Shown here in pieces: positions 22,297-35,412 of a stretch of 64,000 bases of DNA (position 1 is its first letter; each line of letters starts with the position of its first letter). The DNA is from Chara braunii. Lineage: Eukaryota > Plantae > Charophyceae. Below the pieces are notes generated by a model, which saw only the letters and a list, made by a program, of their open reading frames with translations, was not told where the DNA came from and did no database searches. The stretch spans positions 4,221,975 through 4,285,974 of the forward strand of contig BFEA01000029.1 in assembly GCA_003427395.1 (NCBI GenBank), in the 5' to 3' direction. A program made the position numbers and the translations under genes.

Positions 22297-25200
22297 TCAT
22301 GTAGTTTTGGGAAGATGTCTGATCTTTTTGTAAGAGCGTTCGTCGCTTGCACAGTTTTTTTTCCACTGGGCTCTGATTGCTGTTTCTATCATGTCTTTAA
22401 TCATGTCCATCATCTCGCCTCTTTCCACATGGGCGCCTTCAAGTGCTAGAGTGCATCTGCGACGCCATATGGCCCATAGGGTATCCCTCCCGATCCTAAA
22501 TAAGTTGGCCGTAAAGGTCGAGGTTTGAGCGGTCCAATGCCCAGTTAGCAGGACTCTCCATTCCCATGGCCAATCTCTGTCCGTGCCTAGCTGGTTCCAA
22601 ATCCGAACCCACTCACGCCACACCAAGATTGAAGCCGGGCACTGCAAAAAAAATGTTTTATTGTCTCATTAGCCTTTCGAGAAGGAAAACCTTATTTGCA
22701 CGCCAGACACCAGGGGAGGGCCAAGCCTTTCTGCTCCAAGTGGGTATGGTCAATGAGCCATGCGTTTGTGGGTAAGCAGCGATGGGTGATCTGTCATTGG
22801 AGTGAGGTGGTCTTGGCCGTTTTTTTTTACTTTACCCCTTTAAACCATTTAATGGGTGTCAGGGAATCCAATGGGACATTTAAGTGTCTTGCCTAACGAT
22901 CCACTATACGGTCCTTCAGGTTGAGTGTACTCCTAAGCATCTGATAGGAAGCCTTAACCCCCAGTCAGTGGGGAGAACAATATTTTGGTTTGTTTTTTCT
23001 CGTTGGAACCCTCCATCTCCACTCAGCTGCATCCATGGGGAGGTCCTGGATTGGCATCTCTGGCCTGAATGCCACCCGGAAGTCCCCTTCTCGTAGGATC
23101 CTCACTCTATCGACTATTCCAGCATCAATCCAGAAGACTTCATCCGGCACTCCCCTGATCAATCGGTTTTGCGGTGTTCGATAAACCAGCACCTCCCCTG
23201 GTCTGTCTGTGATTATTTGTCCCACCCACGTTACATCCCCTCTTAAAACCACCTAGTCACCTTCCTCTACTGTTGGCCCGCAGCCATGCAAGAGGGAGGG
23301 CGAAGAGGATCTGGTCCAACCTCTCACCTATTCTTTGGCAATGGGGAAACTTTGTTCTCAGTTGCTCCTCTAAGACCCAGTTGACCCTGGTTTGGTCCCA
23401 CAGATCCTCAACCCTCGTGATCCCGTTTCTTACTCATCCCTTCCACGGGCGGCTCGGGCTGAGAAAAACCCGTCCCTGCTGATCTGTTACCCATCGGTTT
23501 CCAAATAGGGGTTACCAAAAAACTTCCTCCCAACGTTCAGGGAATGACCTATTTGGAAGCGGGAGCCTCCTCCAATCTTTAATAAGATTGGTAAAAAAAT
23601 TGTCTTTTCACAGGTCCTTGCGAGCTGCGGCCCGATCTGAGTGTGGTTGTGGCCGGGTGGGGGGTCTGGGGATTGCCCAGAAGACATCGTATAACCAAGT
23701 CATAGAGTGTACGGTAGGGGCAGCCTCTGGTGCCAGTCTCGAGAGTTGTTCCCAGGCTAGGGGCTCCCGGGTAAGTCTGGGGGTGCAAACAAGCCGCTTC
23801 AACCATTGGAGTGAAAGAGCGGTCATTTGGGTGGTCGGGTCGAGTATACCTAGACCACCTTGTGACCTTGGCTGCACTACCGCATCCCAGGCTACCCGAC
23901 TGATAGTATGATGAGCTTCTTGATTGCGTCTCCATAGGAAGGTTGCGACCTGCTGTTGTAGGGCCTTTGAAGTCGCTTTGGTCAGAGTCCAGATTGCCCA
24001 TTTATACCACAGTGTCGCCAAAACCACATTATTAATGACTAGGGCTCTTCCCAAGAGAAATGTGTGTTTATCTTTCCATGTTCCCAACTTTTGTAGGGTC
24101 CCAACTTTTGTAAGGCCGGTCACATTATCCCGGGTCAATTGTCGTTGCTAACCAGTTAGGGTCGGACACATTATCCCGGCCCAATTGTCGTTACTAACCG
24201 GTTTTCCTTCAGCTGAGAGTGAGAGCAAGTTAACCGAGCACTCATTTTTCAGGTCCATTTGTAAAAACAACAGAGGCCCATTTTAACAATACTTCACACC
24301 AATCTATAGAGTGCACTTCTTACTACGTCATCATAGAAAAAATCGAAAAAACATGAAATTCGACCCCAAAACCCTAATTCTAGAAATTTCAGCCCTGAAA
24401 ACCAGTTGCCCCGTTAACCGCTTGTGCTAAGAGTTGGATTCCCAAAACTCTAATGGGGGTTTCTATGGGAAGCCATGTCACATTTGGGCGCTCGGGGGGT
24501 CTTCCAGCATAGTGGTGCATCCACCATCGCAATGTTTTGCTGCCCCAATTAATTGTCATATTAGAGAGGGAGCAAAATCGGGCCATCAACCTTTCAATTT
24601 TCTCCATATTTTGAATGGAGGCCTCAACCATCAGGATGAGGTCATCTGCAAGCAATGAACACACTTGCAATGCCTCTTGCGGGATGAAGGTCGTCCTAAT
24701 TCTACTGATGTTCCGGTTGGCTCTAAGATTGGCCGCCAATGTCTCCATCACTACTACGAAAAGGTATGGAGCGATCGGGTCTCCTTGGCGGACTGATCTT
24801 TGTAGAGGGAAATTCGGGGCAAGACACCCGTTTACCCGTGCACGCGTGGTAGCGTTTTGGTGAAGTATACGCACCCATCTTCAAAAGGATCCTCCAAAGT
24901 TCATTTTCTCCAAACATTTATCTAAGAAATGTCAGTCGACATGGTTATACATCTTTTTAAAATTTATAAAGATAAAGGCAACATTGCACATGGACTGTCG
25001 AGATAACCTCAATAGCTCATTGACTAGGAGGATGTTATCATGGATGGGCCGCCCTTTAAGGAAGCCAGTTTGAGAGGGGTGGATGATTTGCTCTAATGTC
25101 GGCGCCATGCGGTTTGCAAATGTTTTCGATAACATTTTATAGACTACGGTTAATAGTGTAATTTGTCGATAGTTTCATATATTCATATTATCCCATTTTT

Positions 25201-26800
25201 TGTATAACAGTGTAAGAACCCCTTCGCCCACTGCTTCCCCCATATCTCCTTCCTGCCACACCTTATCATAAAAAGTCATAAAGTCCTCCGCCATCAATGA
25301 CCAGAAGGTCTCCCAAAATTATTTCGGGAAACCGTCCACTCCAGGGATCTTCTCCTCTTCCATTTGAATGAGAGCAGTCCATATCTCTTCCCTGGTGAGC
25401 GGGTGGTCTAAAGCCTCCTGTATCTGTTGGGGGAGTGAATGGGTTAGGGGTTTCAGGAAGTCTTCAATCTCTCGGTCTCTTGTAGTAATGCTAGTACCGT
25501 TAGTTTGTGAAGTAAAGAGGGTCTTGTAAAAATCTCTGGCCACTTTCATACACTGTGGTGTGGAGGTGGTCAGTGGTCTCTCAGGATCAGTGGGATCCAA
25601 GAAGGCCTCAATGGTCTGCCTCTCTCCCCTAGCCCTTGCTAGGCCAAAGAAGTCAGAATTCATGGCTCCTTCCGTAATATGTTTGGAGAGTTTACCTCTA
25701 ATCCTTATGTCACGCCATCTATAGGTTGCGAAGTCGAGTAATTTATTTTGAAGATTCTAGAGGTGAGGGATAGGGTTTTGTTGTTGAAGGTCCTGAATCT
25801 GATATTGAATCTCCATTTCCTCTTGATAACGTTTTTCTGCCATTTTTTTAGAAAATTCTTTGTTTTTACAGCCCAGAAAAAAAAGCCTATTATTGAACCA
25901 TGTGACTCCAGATTCAAAGCATTTTTTTCGTTGGTGCCAATAGGACCATACATCATGAATCAGGTGGACAAAGTCTTGTCTGTGTAGAAGAGAGGTATTG
26001 AGCTTAAAGAAACTTGGACCGTGGTCCGGTTTCTGACGGAAGGTGAGGGTGACTCCACACAAGGCATGGTCCAACCCCATGAAGGGACTACGAGGGAGCA
26101 GGTAAGCAAACTGCATTGCACCTGCAAGGTCCTCTGACATAAGGATCAAGTCAATTCTAGATCTGGAACGGGTTTCTGCCTGCGTAGTGCGAAAACAAAA
26201 GTATCTTTTTTTCTGTTGGGAAGACTCTCCTGAAAGTGTCGAAAAGGTGAAGCGAGGAGTTCAAATCCTCGATTGTCTTCTCGTCGGTTTTTATGTATGG
26301 GGGGCAAGGGGTGGGGATCCTCCACCTATCTAGTGTACGGTCGGGGGCGGCATTGAAATCATCTGCTAGGATTATGGGCACGCCGGCGGGAATCTGTTGG
26401 CGAAGGTTTTCAAAAAATTCACGCCTGTCTCTTTCCTGGTTTGGTGCGTACACGGAGATAATACAGATAACTTCCAGTTCCAGCATCGCAAGTATGAAGA
26501 TCCACCTTCCCCCTTGTTGGTCTGCGACCCAATGAACCAGTGTTGCCCTCGACGATGGCGGTAACCATATGGCAACACCCGCACTGCCTGGTCTTGGTGC
26601 ATGGGCTCTAAAAGTCTATGTGGTATGCCCAGTGGTCGTCTAGAGTGTTCTGTAGGTGGGTCTCCTGTATACACACTACGTCCGACCATTCTTTGTTAGG
26701 ACCCCCTTGATCAGTTCCCAGATTGCCTGCCTTTTGTAAATCGTGGTCATCGCCAGGCCGTTGACCTTTAGTGTACGAAGGTCCAGGTCCGCCGCGGGCT
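22297..26800 (-). pseudogene. LINE ORF2 (APE endonuclease-RT-zinc finger), disrupted
   Basis: ORF-track fragments 26157-26486, 25757-26149, 25319-25663, 24932-25135, 24389-24874, 23608-24138 and 22297-22647 are in collinear order. Confidence 0.92.
24110..24395. mobile_element. ~285-bp insertion interrupting LINE ORF2
   Basis: Foreign segment between post-RT ORF2 fragments. It begins with a ~50-bp tandem repeat (CACATTATCCCGG..CAATTGTCGTT.CTAACC). Class and exact ends are unclear. Confidence 0.6.
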
Positions 26801-29800
26801 GACCCTTACTCCAAACTGGGTCTTTTCCATATAGCAATCTCATCGGGTCCATCCTGAGAGACTTTCCTTATCCCCTACAATCTCTGCCATGTCATGGATT
26901 CCAGATCTGACATATTGGTGAGTTCCGGGCTTTTAAGGATCCTACACAAGCAAGCTTGCACCTCCTCCTCATTCCACAAATTGTTGGACTTCACTTTCAG
27001 ACCTTGTAAGTCTAGGAGGGTTGCTTGTGAGAACCATTTAAGGCCGGCCTCCTTTGTTGGGTCCATGAGGATCAAAACCTCTCATTTTGCCAGCATAGGG
27101 GAGGTGCTCCTGAATTTGTTTTGCGCATCGGGTATTAAGTATTTCTGAATGTGTTGATTCAGGTCCTCCATTAAGAGGTTGTCCCGCATCTGTGCGGGCA
27201 TTAGTGAGAGGAGGGGGTCAAAGCCCCTCAGGGAGACTTCTCGTATTTCGCATTCTCACGGGCAGCAGACAAGTCAAGTTGTCATCTGCCATCCTTCTTA
27301 GGTACGGGGAGCAACATCAGACCATTCAACGAGGGTTGTTGCAAGTATCTCCCTGATTCTAAGTGGTTTGTAAGCTTACTTTGTTTGTCTAGTAGCACCG
27401 GGGTAAGGGGTTCCCCCACCGAGGCTCGGGCGGGGTCTGACAGTGGTTCCTTCTTGTTTGAGGTTGTCCCTGTGTCCCCTCCTCTATCTTTCCCTTGTAT
27501 TTGTTTGGTGCTGCTACTCCCCAAGCAGGGAGGTTCCTCTTCCGGTTGAGATCGTTGTTGTGAGGGGGAGGGGTCCGGTGCTTTAGTCTGTACTGTCTAT
27601 ATTGTCTCCATCTCAGTTGCCCCGTTCTCTTCTCTCGTCGCAGACTCTTCTGGATGCATCGATACTATATCCCCGGAGGGAGTGGGTTGAGATTTCAGGT
27701 CAAGGCTCGAGGGACAAAAACGTCGGGCAACTATAGTATACACGCGTTGCAGGATCTCTGGCCACTGGCCACCTTGTGGTGGCCCATGCTCTAGTGTCGA
27801 CCTTAGTGTGTCGCTTCCTTCTAGCATTGGGACCAAATCCAAAAATGTGGAGTTCCAGAATTCCGTACTGAATCCAGGATGTCGGTCCTGTAAGCTCTGA
27901 AGCATTGTGCTGGCAAGGATTCCATTTTAGTGTGCAAGGGGGGCCTCTTTATCTGGCTGGCCATCCAGTACCTCTGCATCAGTCATAATGATATCTGGGG
28001 GGGGGGGGGGGGGGAGCTCTTCCGCTGCTTCCATGGTTATTTCCAACGTTTGGGAGTGCTCCACCTCCATGGGACACGAACCAAAAGCATCTTGGAAGGG
28101 GTCCCTTCCTTTCTTCTTTCCTCCCTCCTTTGCTGACTGTTCCTTTGCTTCCTTCGGTTCTTTCTAACCATCAGTCGATACCTTGTCCTGACCGAGATTT
28201 TGTGTGTCAGACGTCCTGGGTTTGGGTTATGAGATCTATAACGCTAATCCCCCCCCCCGGGTGTCTCTTCTGAGTTTGCCTGTTTACCTCTATCCCCCTG
28301 CGACATCCTTTCCCCCAGTCCCTCTTTTGGCAGCTCTGTGTTTTTTGGGTTTGCCCGTTTGTCCCGCCATTGCTGCATCATAATCGGTTTCACATGTCTG
28401 TCTAGGGGTAAGATATCTTTGGTTTGCCCAGGCCTCAACCTCTTTCGCTTAGGATGTACCAGAGTCCATTCCTCTCCTCCCTCCCCTTCCCCTCTGCCCT
28501 GGTCCATAACCCCTTCCTTACTTTCCTGACGTCTCGTTGTCTTCGACTCCTTCAGTTTTGTCTCTAGAGTTTTATGAGGGGCCCAGGAGTCGGGGGGACG
28601 TGTGTTCCACTTGGGTTCCCCTTGCTTTTCCCATACCCATCCTCTCGTTCTCCCCTCGCTGTCAGTTTCTTCCAAATAAGCCCACCCCTCATGGTCGGGG
28701 TCCACCGGGTGCCAACGTGCAGTGTTAAACAGATCCCTCTGTAAGCGACTCGTTGCCCTTACTGACTTGTGTGGGTGGGATGGGCATCATTCCTCTGTGC
28801 ACAAATGGCCATAGGCTTTGCATTTGAAGCACCATGGCCGCAACTTGTGTGTTGTGTGGATCCTGTATTCCTTGTCTTTTATTCTGAACAGGATCACATT
28901 ATCCATAGAGAAGGGGTGAGACTCCGGGATATCTAGAGCTAGCATAAGGTAGTCGTCCCGCTGCGCGACAAAGGGGGGAAGCGGTTCGATGAAATCAATG
29001 ATCTTGTATTTTTGGCCCAGTTCATGTAAGAATCTGGCCTGGATTTTGACAGGGATGTGTCTGAATTCAACCCAAAAATAATCAGTCATCATCTTTTGTC
29101 ACCGTTCCTCCGGGCCAGGCTGTTTGGGGGGGAACCAGGGGTAGATCGTCACCTCTGATCGCTCGCATCTCACTCTTCCAGCCGTCAATTGTTTGCTTAT
29201 TATTTTCATGCATAGATAAGACTGTGAAGGTGGTGGCGGAAAGAGGATGAATCAGGAAAGAATCCTTGACTGCTTGTTCGTCCCGCTTCAGGGCTTCCAA
29301 CCTAAGCCTGATCCACCTCACTTTGTCATTAGTGGATTTGTAGGCAGAATCATCGTAGAAAACCGAAGTGTTTGCATGTATGAGGTATATATTATCCCTG
29401 ATTCCCAGACCGTCTTTCAGATAGTTTCTCACCATCGTTTTCTTCCCCCTTGATCGACCACAATTGTTTCTGGGGCGCAAAGAAGCTTGGTAAGGAAGAA
29501 GGTCCGTGCAGATGATACATTATCCAGTGGTATGTGGTGTGTCGGCTCTCCCGAGGTACCAATCTCCCTCTGAATGACCAGAGATTTCCCAGTAAAGGTC
29601 GTTTAATCCTATCTGCCCATGTGCCATGTGTGTTCGTTTCTTTGCTGTGTTGGTTTGTCTATCCCTTCCCTCCTTGTGTCAAACACTGTTCCGTCTGTTT
29701 GGTTGTCCCTGTTGTATCATAGGGGTTTCTGCAGGTCCCCCGAACGACAGCTTTCCTGGTACTACAGCCACCTCCTTTCCCTGTTCCTTTTGGTTCACTG

Positions 29801-30102
29801 ATAGCCCGGGCCTGGCCTCCATGCCTACAGGGGTTATTTTTGGCCCCTCAGCAGGCACCGCCCCCGGTACTACTGCATCTGTTAGCAGTTCAGTTTCTGG
29901 TGGAGGGGGGGGGGGCGGGGGGGGTGGGTCCCTTTGTCCTTCAGGGGGCGCGATTCGAAAGAACTCGAAGGTGGGAGTTCATGATCTGTCTCATTGCACC
30001 TCTGTAATATATCATGGACTCCAACCTTCGGTTAATCTTTTTTTTGGCCTTTGATCCAGACCGTTCCATCTTGCCACAAAAAAAAAAAAAAAAAAAAAAA
30101 CT

Positions 30103-32825
30103 TGCGTGAATGGATTCCAAAATTTGACGTGTATGCGATCAGCTCCCTTCAATCAATGTACAACTATACCACTAATGTATTTACGTTTTGTCTTTTTAAT
30201 TCTTATGTTGCGCCCGATGGTTCGTTAATTCGCAAGTTTTTAATTCGTTCACCCTATATTTGTAAATGACTGGAGTGCATGAAATCTGGATGGCTGGTTT
30301 TTGGGGGAAGGACAAATCAAGGATCAATAGGTGTGATTGTGGCTAGGAGGCACGCACCATTCATCCCTTGTCGATCGTTGCACTACATTCGTCCCTTCGG
30401 GGGATCGATATCTCTCAGTCAGGCAGCCCCCCCGGTCAAGAGAGAATTTTCTCTCCCCTTCTTTTAATTCCTCAGTGTTTCACTTGTTCGTCTCGTTTTG
30501 TCTTGTCATCTGCCTCCTCACCTCCCCCTTCTCACGCCTTCAGCTCTTCTTCGCAGCGTCAACTGATGTCGTCCCCCCCTTTGCACGTTTCAACCGGTTC
30601 TTATTCTTGTTGTGTTTTATCTTATCCGTTATCTCCTCACCTCCCCCCTCTCTCCCCTTCGTTCCTTCTTCGCAGCGTGAACTGATGTCATCCACTTCCT
30701 TAGCGGGCTTCACCTCGCGCTTTCTCTTACCGCGTTTTGTCTCACCACTCTCTGTCCGTCTCCTTCCTTTAGGGATCCCGACCTCCCTCACCAGTGTCGA
30801 TTTGTCACCCCGGCTGATGTGCAAGACCATGTCTGATACCTCCTACGTCCCACCTATTTCGCGCATCAGTATCTACCCTATTTCCTCCCTTATCGTCCAC
30901 CTCACCATACTCCCCAACTGTCTCTTGACCCTCTTCCCTCAGGTCGATCTAGGCCCCTCTGTCTAAATCGCCCTCTCCGCCATGCAACACCGTGACCTCT
31001 CATCCCTTTCCTGTGTGCGTCCCCCTTTTCCTGGCTGCTGCGGATGACGCTATCTTCACGCTATCTCCCTTAAGATCATCCTCCCTTAGCGCATATGTGT
31101 CCTCTACGTGTCCATGTCGGCTACCGGCGTCCTCCTGCCTTTCCCGGCTATGGCCACCACCCAGTCAAGGGCAGGGCAGGACAGGATGCCCGAAGGGACG
31201 ACCCGGGCCACTGGTTCGTTGACCAGTGACGGGGCCGCTCCTCGTCGTCACGTCAACGGTAGGGCCTGCCTCTCGTTCATGACGCAACGCTTACGATCTG
31301 GGCAAGCATCCAAGCGTGACACCGAACCTCACGCCCAACGCGACTTCTTGATCGGAGTGAGAGTGGGTTTGAAAGTGCACCAAAAGGGGTGTGCCAAGGA
31401 TTTGGGGCGAGTACTCGCCGAGGGGCAATGGTCAGGCAGTGGAAAGGCAATATACAGTGATAGGGAGGGAACTTTGTTTCAAGGATAGCTATGTCAGGTT
31501 CAGTGATGATTTGACACGTGTACGGGATGGGACAATCGGGGTAATGCGAAGTACATTCTAGGGCCCGTATAATATCCCACTCGCAGAGGCGTTCGGTTCC
31601 TGTGTGATACGGAAACTCTAGGAATTCCACCACCTCGTGTGTAGTTGTCGTACTGAAGAAGCCCGCAAATCAGGGAAGATCGAGGCTCAACCTTAGGTGT
31701 TGTACATGCCGAATGGACGAGATATGCCCCCCGGGTCTCATCAAATGCTCGCTGATCACTTGTTCCGTAGAAAAGCTCATGGCGAAAGGGGAGAGGAAGG
31801 AGGCGAAGATTGAGAAGAGAGCGAAGCACAGTGCTTGAGATCGTCGCTTTCCCACTCAAAAGTGGGAGGCGAGGTAGAAGGTGAGAGGGATGGAGAGGTA
31901 GGTAGGGGACGGAGGTAAGATATGTGGCGGATGATTGGCCTAGCCGATCGGCTTTCTGACACCTCCGGCACAAGCCGCACCGTGTTCACCCCGTTAGGAC
32001 CGAGCTCGACTAAGTGGAATTGCCCGAAGAATCGTGGCGCTAACTTACCCTGGCGAGCACTTTTCCTTACTTGCACTACGTCCCCTAATTTATACTGGGG
32101 TCGGGGCCCAGCATTCCCGTTTTGGGCCTCATAACTTCGAACCTGTCGCCCGTGGGCCATTTCGGTCATCCGCTGTCTTTTCTGGGCCAGCTGAGGAAGG
32201 GTTTTTTCCATCAGTTCCAGATGACGCTTGGCCTTTTCCTTAATCGTTGCCCTGGTAGATCGCCGTCCCAACGTCGTTTCGTCGTTTAGGCTAGGCAGAG
32301 CTAAGCAGGCTAGGTTGTTGGTCTGTACTTGGAATGGGGACGTGGTGTGTCCCCTGATGGACGACCAAGATAGGATCCACTATGTCAGACCAAGGTTTCG
32401 TGTCTCTAACAACGATGTTCCGCCGAAGGGTGGTCTTGATCACCCGGTTGGCATTTTTCACGAGGCCGTTCGATTGGGACATATGAGGGGCGGTGTTCCA
32501 AATGGAGACGTCATGTGTGACCAAACTCCTCAGGACTTCCCCTCAGAATTCTGCTTCATTGTCCTTTAGGATTTCCTTGGTATCCTGATGCATACCAAGG
32601 AAACGGTTGACATACCGCATAATATTCGTCGTCTGTCACGTTTTACACGGATACGCCTCAATCCATTTGGAGAAATGATCTACAAAGACGATAATTTGAA
32701 GGACTGAATATTCACAACTATTAGGACCAGGGGGAACGACAATGTTCATTGTATCCACACTACCTCTTTGGAACGGTCGTTCAACTATCGTCGGCACGAT
32801 GGACCGTGGAGGCTGAATCAGCGCC
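30103..32825 (-). mobile_element. Ty3/gypsy 3' fragment: integrase core, GPY/F motif, downstream extension and candidate 3' LTR (30103-30387)
   Basis: ERPFQRGSVD, IVFVDHFSKWIEAYP, QSNGLVKNANRVIK, KLAPRFFGQF. Purine-rich GAAGGGACGAA precedes TGTAGTG...CACGCA. Confidence 0.85.
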
Positions 32826-35412
32826 TTATGGGCTTCCACAAGACGTTGGCTCGTGTTTGCCACTTATACGTCTGGCCGAAGTCCAGGGACTTCGTGAAAG
32901 CCTACATTCAAGAGTGTCCTACCCGCCCGGAGGTGAACAGTGCGAACCACCTTCCGTATGGGTTACTTCAGCCCCTACCCATACATGAGGGTTGTTGGCA
33001 GTCCGTCTCGATGGATTTCATTGGTTCTCTTCTTCCACCCACTGCGCGTGGTCATGATGCTATCTTGGTCGTCGTCGATCGCTTCACGAAGCTTGCACGC
33101 TTTGTCCCGTGCATTAGCGCTCGTGAGGTCGCTGATATCGTCTTCGACCGAGTCGTGAGAGATCACGGCTTACCTCAGAGCATCATCTCCGATCGTGACC
33201 CGCATTTTACCAGCACATTCTAGCGACGCCTACACAAGGTGTACGGATCCCAGCTCCACTTTTCATCGTCTTACCACCCTCAAACGGATGGTCAGACTAA
33301 GGTCACCAATAAAACTCTCGGTAATATCCTCCGAAAGTTTATTAGGGGTGATCGGCAGTGGGACTTACACTTAGCCCACGTGGAGATTGCGTACAACCAC
33401 GTTGTTTTGCCATCCACAGGGATGTCACCATTTTATTGCGAGTTCGGCTACCACCCTTGCATACCCGTGGATTTCCTACCACCATCGCAGTTACGCCCAG
33501 ACACTCGTTGTCCTGCGCTTGACGACTGGATCGCCCACATAGCGGCGATTATGAGGCGTGCACGCGAGAGTCTAACCGACTCCCAGACTCACATGACCAC
33601 ACGAGCAAACCGATCACGAATGGATCATCCATTCAAAGTCAGTAACGATGTGTTCGTCGATGCACGCCACTTGCAACTCGAAGCGGATACGCTTTGCAAA
33701 TTTCGGCGTCGCTTCTTCGGTCTATGCTGCATCCTTCAGGCCGCCGGTTCTGATACTGCCGCTAGTCCGGTCAACTTCCGTGTGAAGTTACCTAATTACC
33801 TTCGACAGGTTCGCGTACACGATGTTTACCACGTCTCCTTGTTGCGTCCTTATCGCAGACCGGCTGTCGTATCTCGTCGAGTTACCGACAACACCCCTCC
33901 ACGCATGGAGTACCTTGTGCGTTGGAAGGGCTATCCAGATGAGGAGGCTACTTGGGAGCCCCTCGAACACTTACAGCACGCTCGGATGTTGGTGCGTGCA
34001 TATGATCGTGTTGGTCGTGTTGAGACATCTGCTCCTACTCAGCCGACTGACCCTCTTCCGCCTCCTCCGGCTGAGGAGATTGCTAAGGACAAGCCCACTC
34101 CCTCTGAGGCCGTTCTTCAACAGCAAATGAACGCCTCTACATGTCCACAACGCACTCGTCGACGCCCTCGGTGTCTCGATGAATGATACTCTGATCACCT
34201 CCTATCTTCCAACTGACTCACACCTTCAGGTACTTCATCATCAACTTCTTCAGGATGTCAGCGTTTTTCGGCTCTGCTTCGACATCGACTCGACTCCTAC
34301 TTCATCGACGCCATCGACCACCTCGACGACTTCAGTCACCTTCTCAACTTCAACCATCTTATCGGCTTCAGTTACTTTGAACGTCACTTTTTCACGCCAC
34401 CACCTTACCCTGTACATTTTCTTGCATCTGTCGCATGATGGTTCTCACTTAGTTGGGTCTCTTTGAGTTGGGTTCTCCCTTAGTATCGCATAGGCATTGG
34501 GACCGTAGGGTTATCTTGGGTTCTCTGCTCCCAGATGTAGCTTCTTCCTCTCTAGTCAGTGAGTTGTGTGCATGTTTTCCTCACCCACTGCCCTCATCAC
34601 CAGTGTCGGCTACTAGTATTGCATGCCTTCAGTAGGAATATATCCAACCTATTCGAAGTTTCCCTTTTCATTGTCGACCCTACATAGTATCACCCTCTTG
34701 TCGAGCATCACCCGCCTTGATGGTCTATTTGTTAGGGTCATTGGTTTTGTTTCGCTAGCACTCTCTCACCTTGAGCCTGATGACCTATCTCACCATCGTG
34801 TGTAACTGCCCTTAGGAGTTCCGATTCTTAGGCTACATTCAGCCCCTCTGAGACCACCCCACTCTTAGTGGTTCCGCGACATTATATTATATTGTGACAT
34901 ATTGTTTTTTTCCTTTCAGCACTGAGGCCATTGCCTCCAGGACTTTAGGATTGTATCATGCTACATTTCATTTTCTGCTGTTAGTTAGGATGTGTATACC
35001 AGACATTCGTTTTTCATTTGACATTATGTAGCTTAGGCTGCATCGCATGGAGTTTGCTCTGCATCCTAGATTTCTCACATTTCTTTATTGCAGATTTTCG
35101 CTTCTTTTGCGGATAGTGTGTTTATGACTCTTGCGATCCATTACAGGTCTAAGGATTGTGCAGGGGGTCTCTATCTGCCCTGGCCTACAGCCAGGGGCTA
35201 TTCGGGTATTTACTAGTTCGGCCTGTGGGACCAGGCCATCGCCTGACCCCACAGGCCGTGTATTGTTTCAGTCATGCCTGGTACCACTGTCTGTACCAGG
35301 TCAGTCCAGTCCAGTCTAGTCAGTTCGCTGGGGTATACCCCAGTTGCAGTTTGTATTCTGGTTAATTCTTCATTTTGCACTTTTGGAGTACGTGCGTGTT
35401 GAGTCCGCGTCA
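32826..35412 (+). mobile_element. Ty3/gypsy chromovirus 3' fragment: integrase plus chromodomain, 3' UTR and candidate 3' LTR (~35157-35412)
   Basis: GLLQPLPI, WQSVSMDFI, VVVDRFTK, SIISDRDPHFTS, YHPQTDGQT, VHDVYHVSLL and chromodomain YLVRWKGYPDEEATWEP. Premature TAG at 33221. LTR limits TGTG...GTCA are tentative. Confidence 0.92.

Larger units (their letters stand above)
21414..30050 (-). mobile_element. Decayed near-full-length L1/Tx1-type LINE
   Basis: Poly(T) at 21414-21438. ORF2 remnants: APE (LRTLKVNGL, ISVYAPN, DDFNA, DHA) and RT (PGVDG, QTGFLKGRPIHDN, VRQGDPIAPYLF, LADDL, GGLG). ORF1 zinc knuckle CFKCKAYGH. Many stops and frameshifts; 5' limit approximate. Confidence 0.93.
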
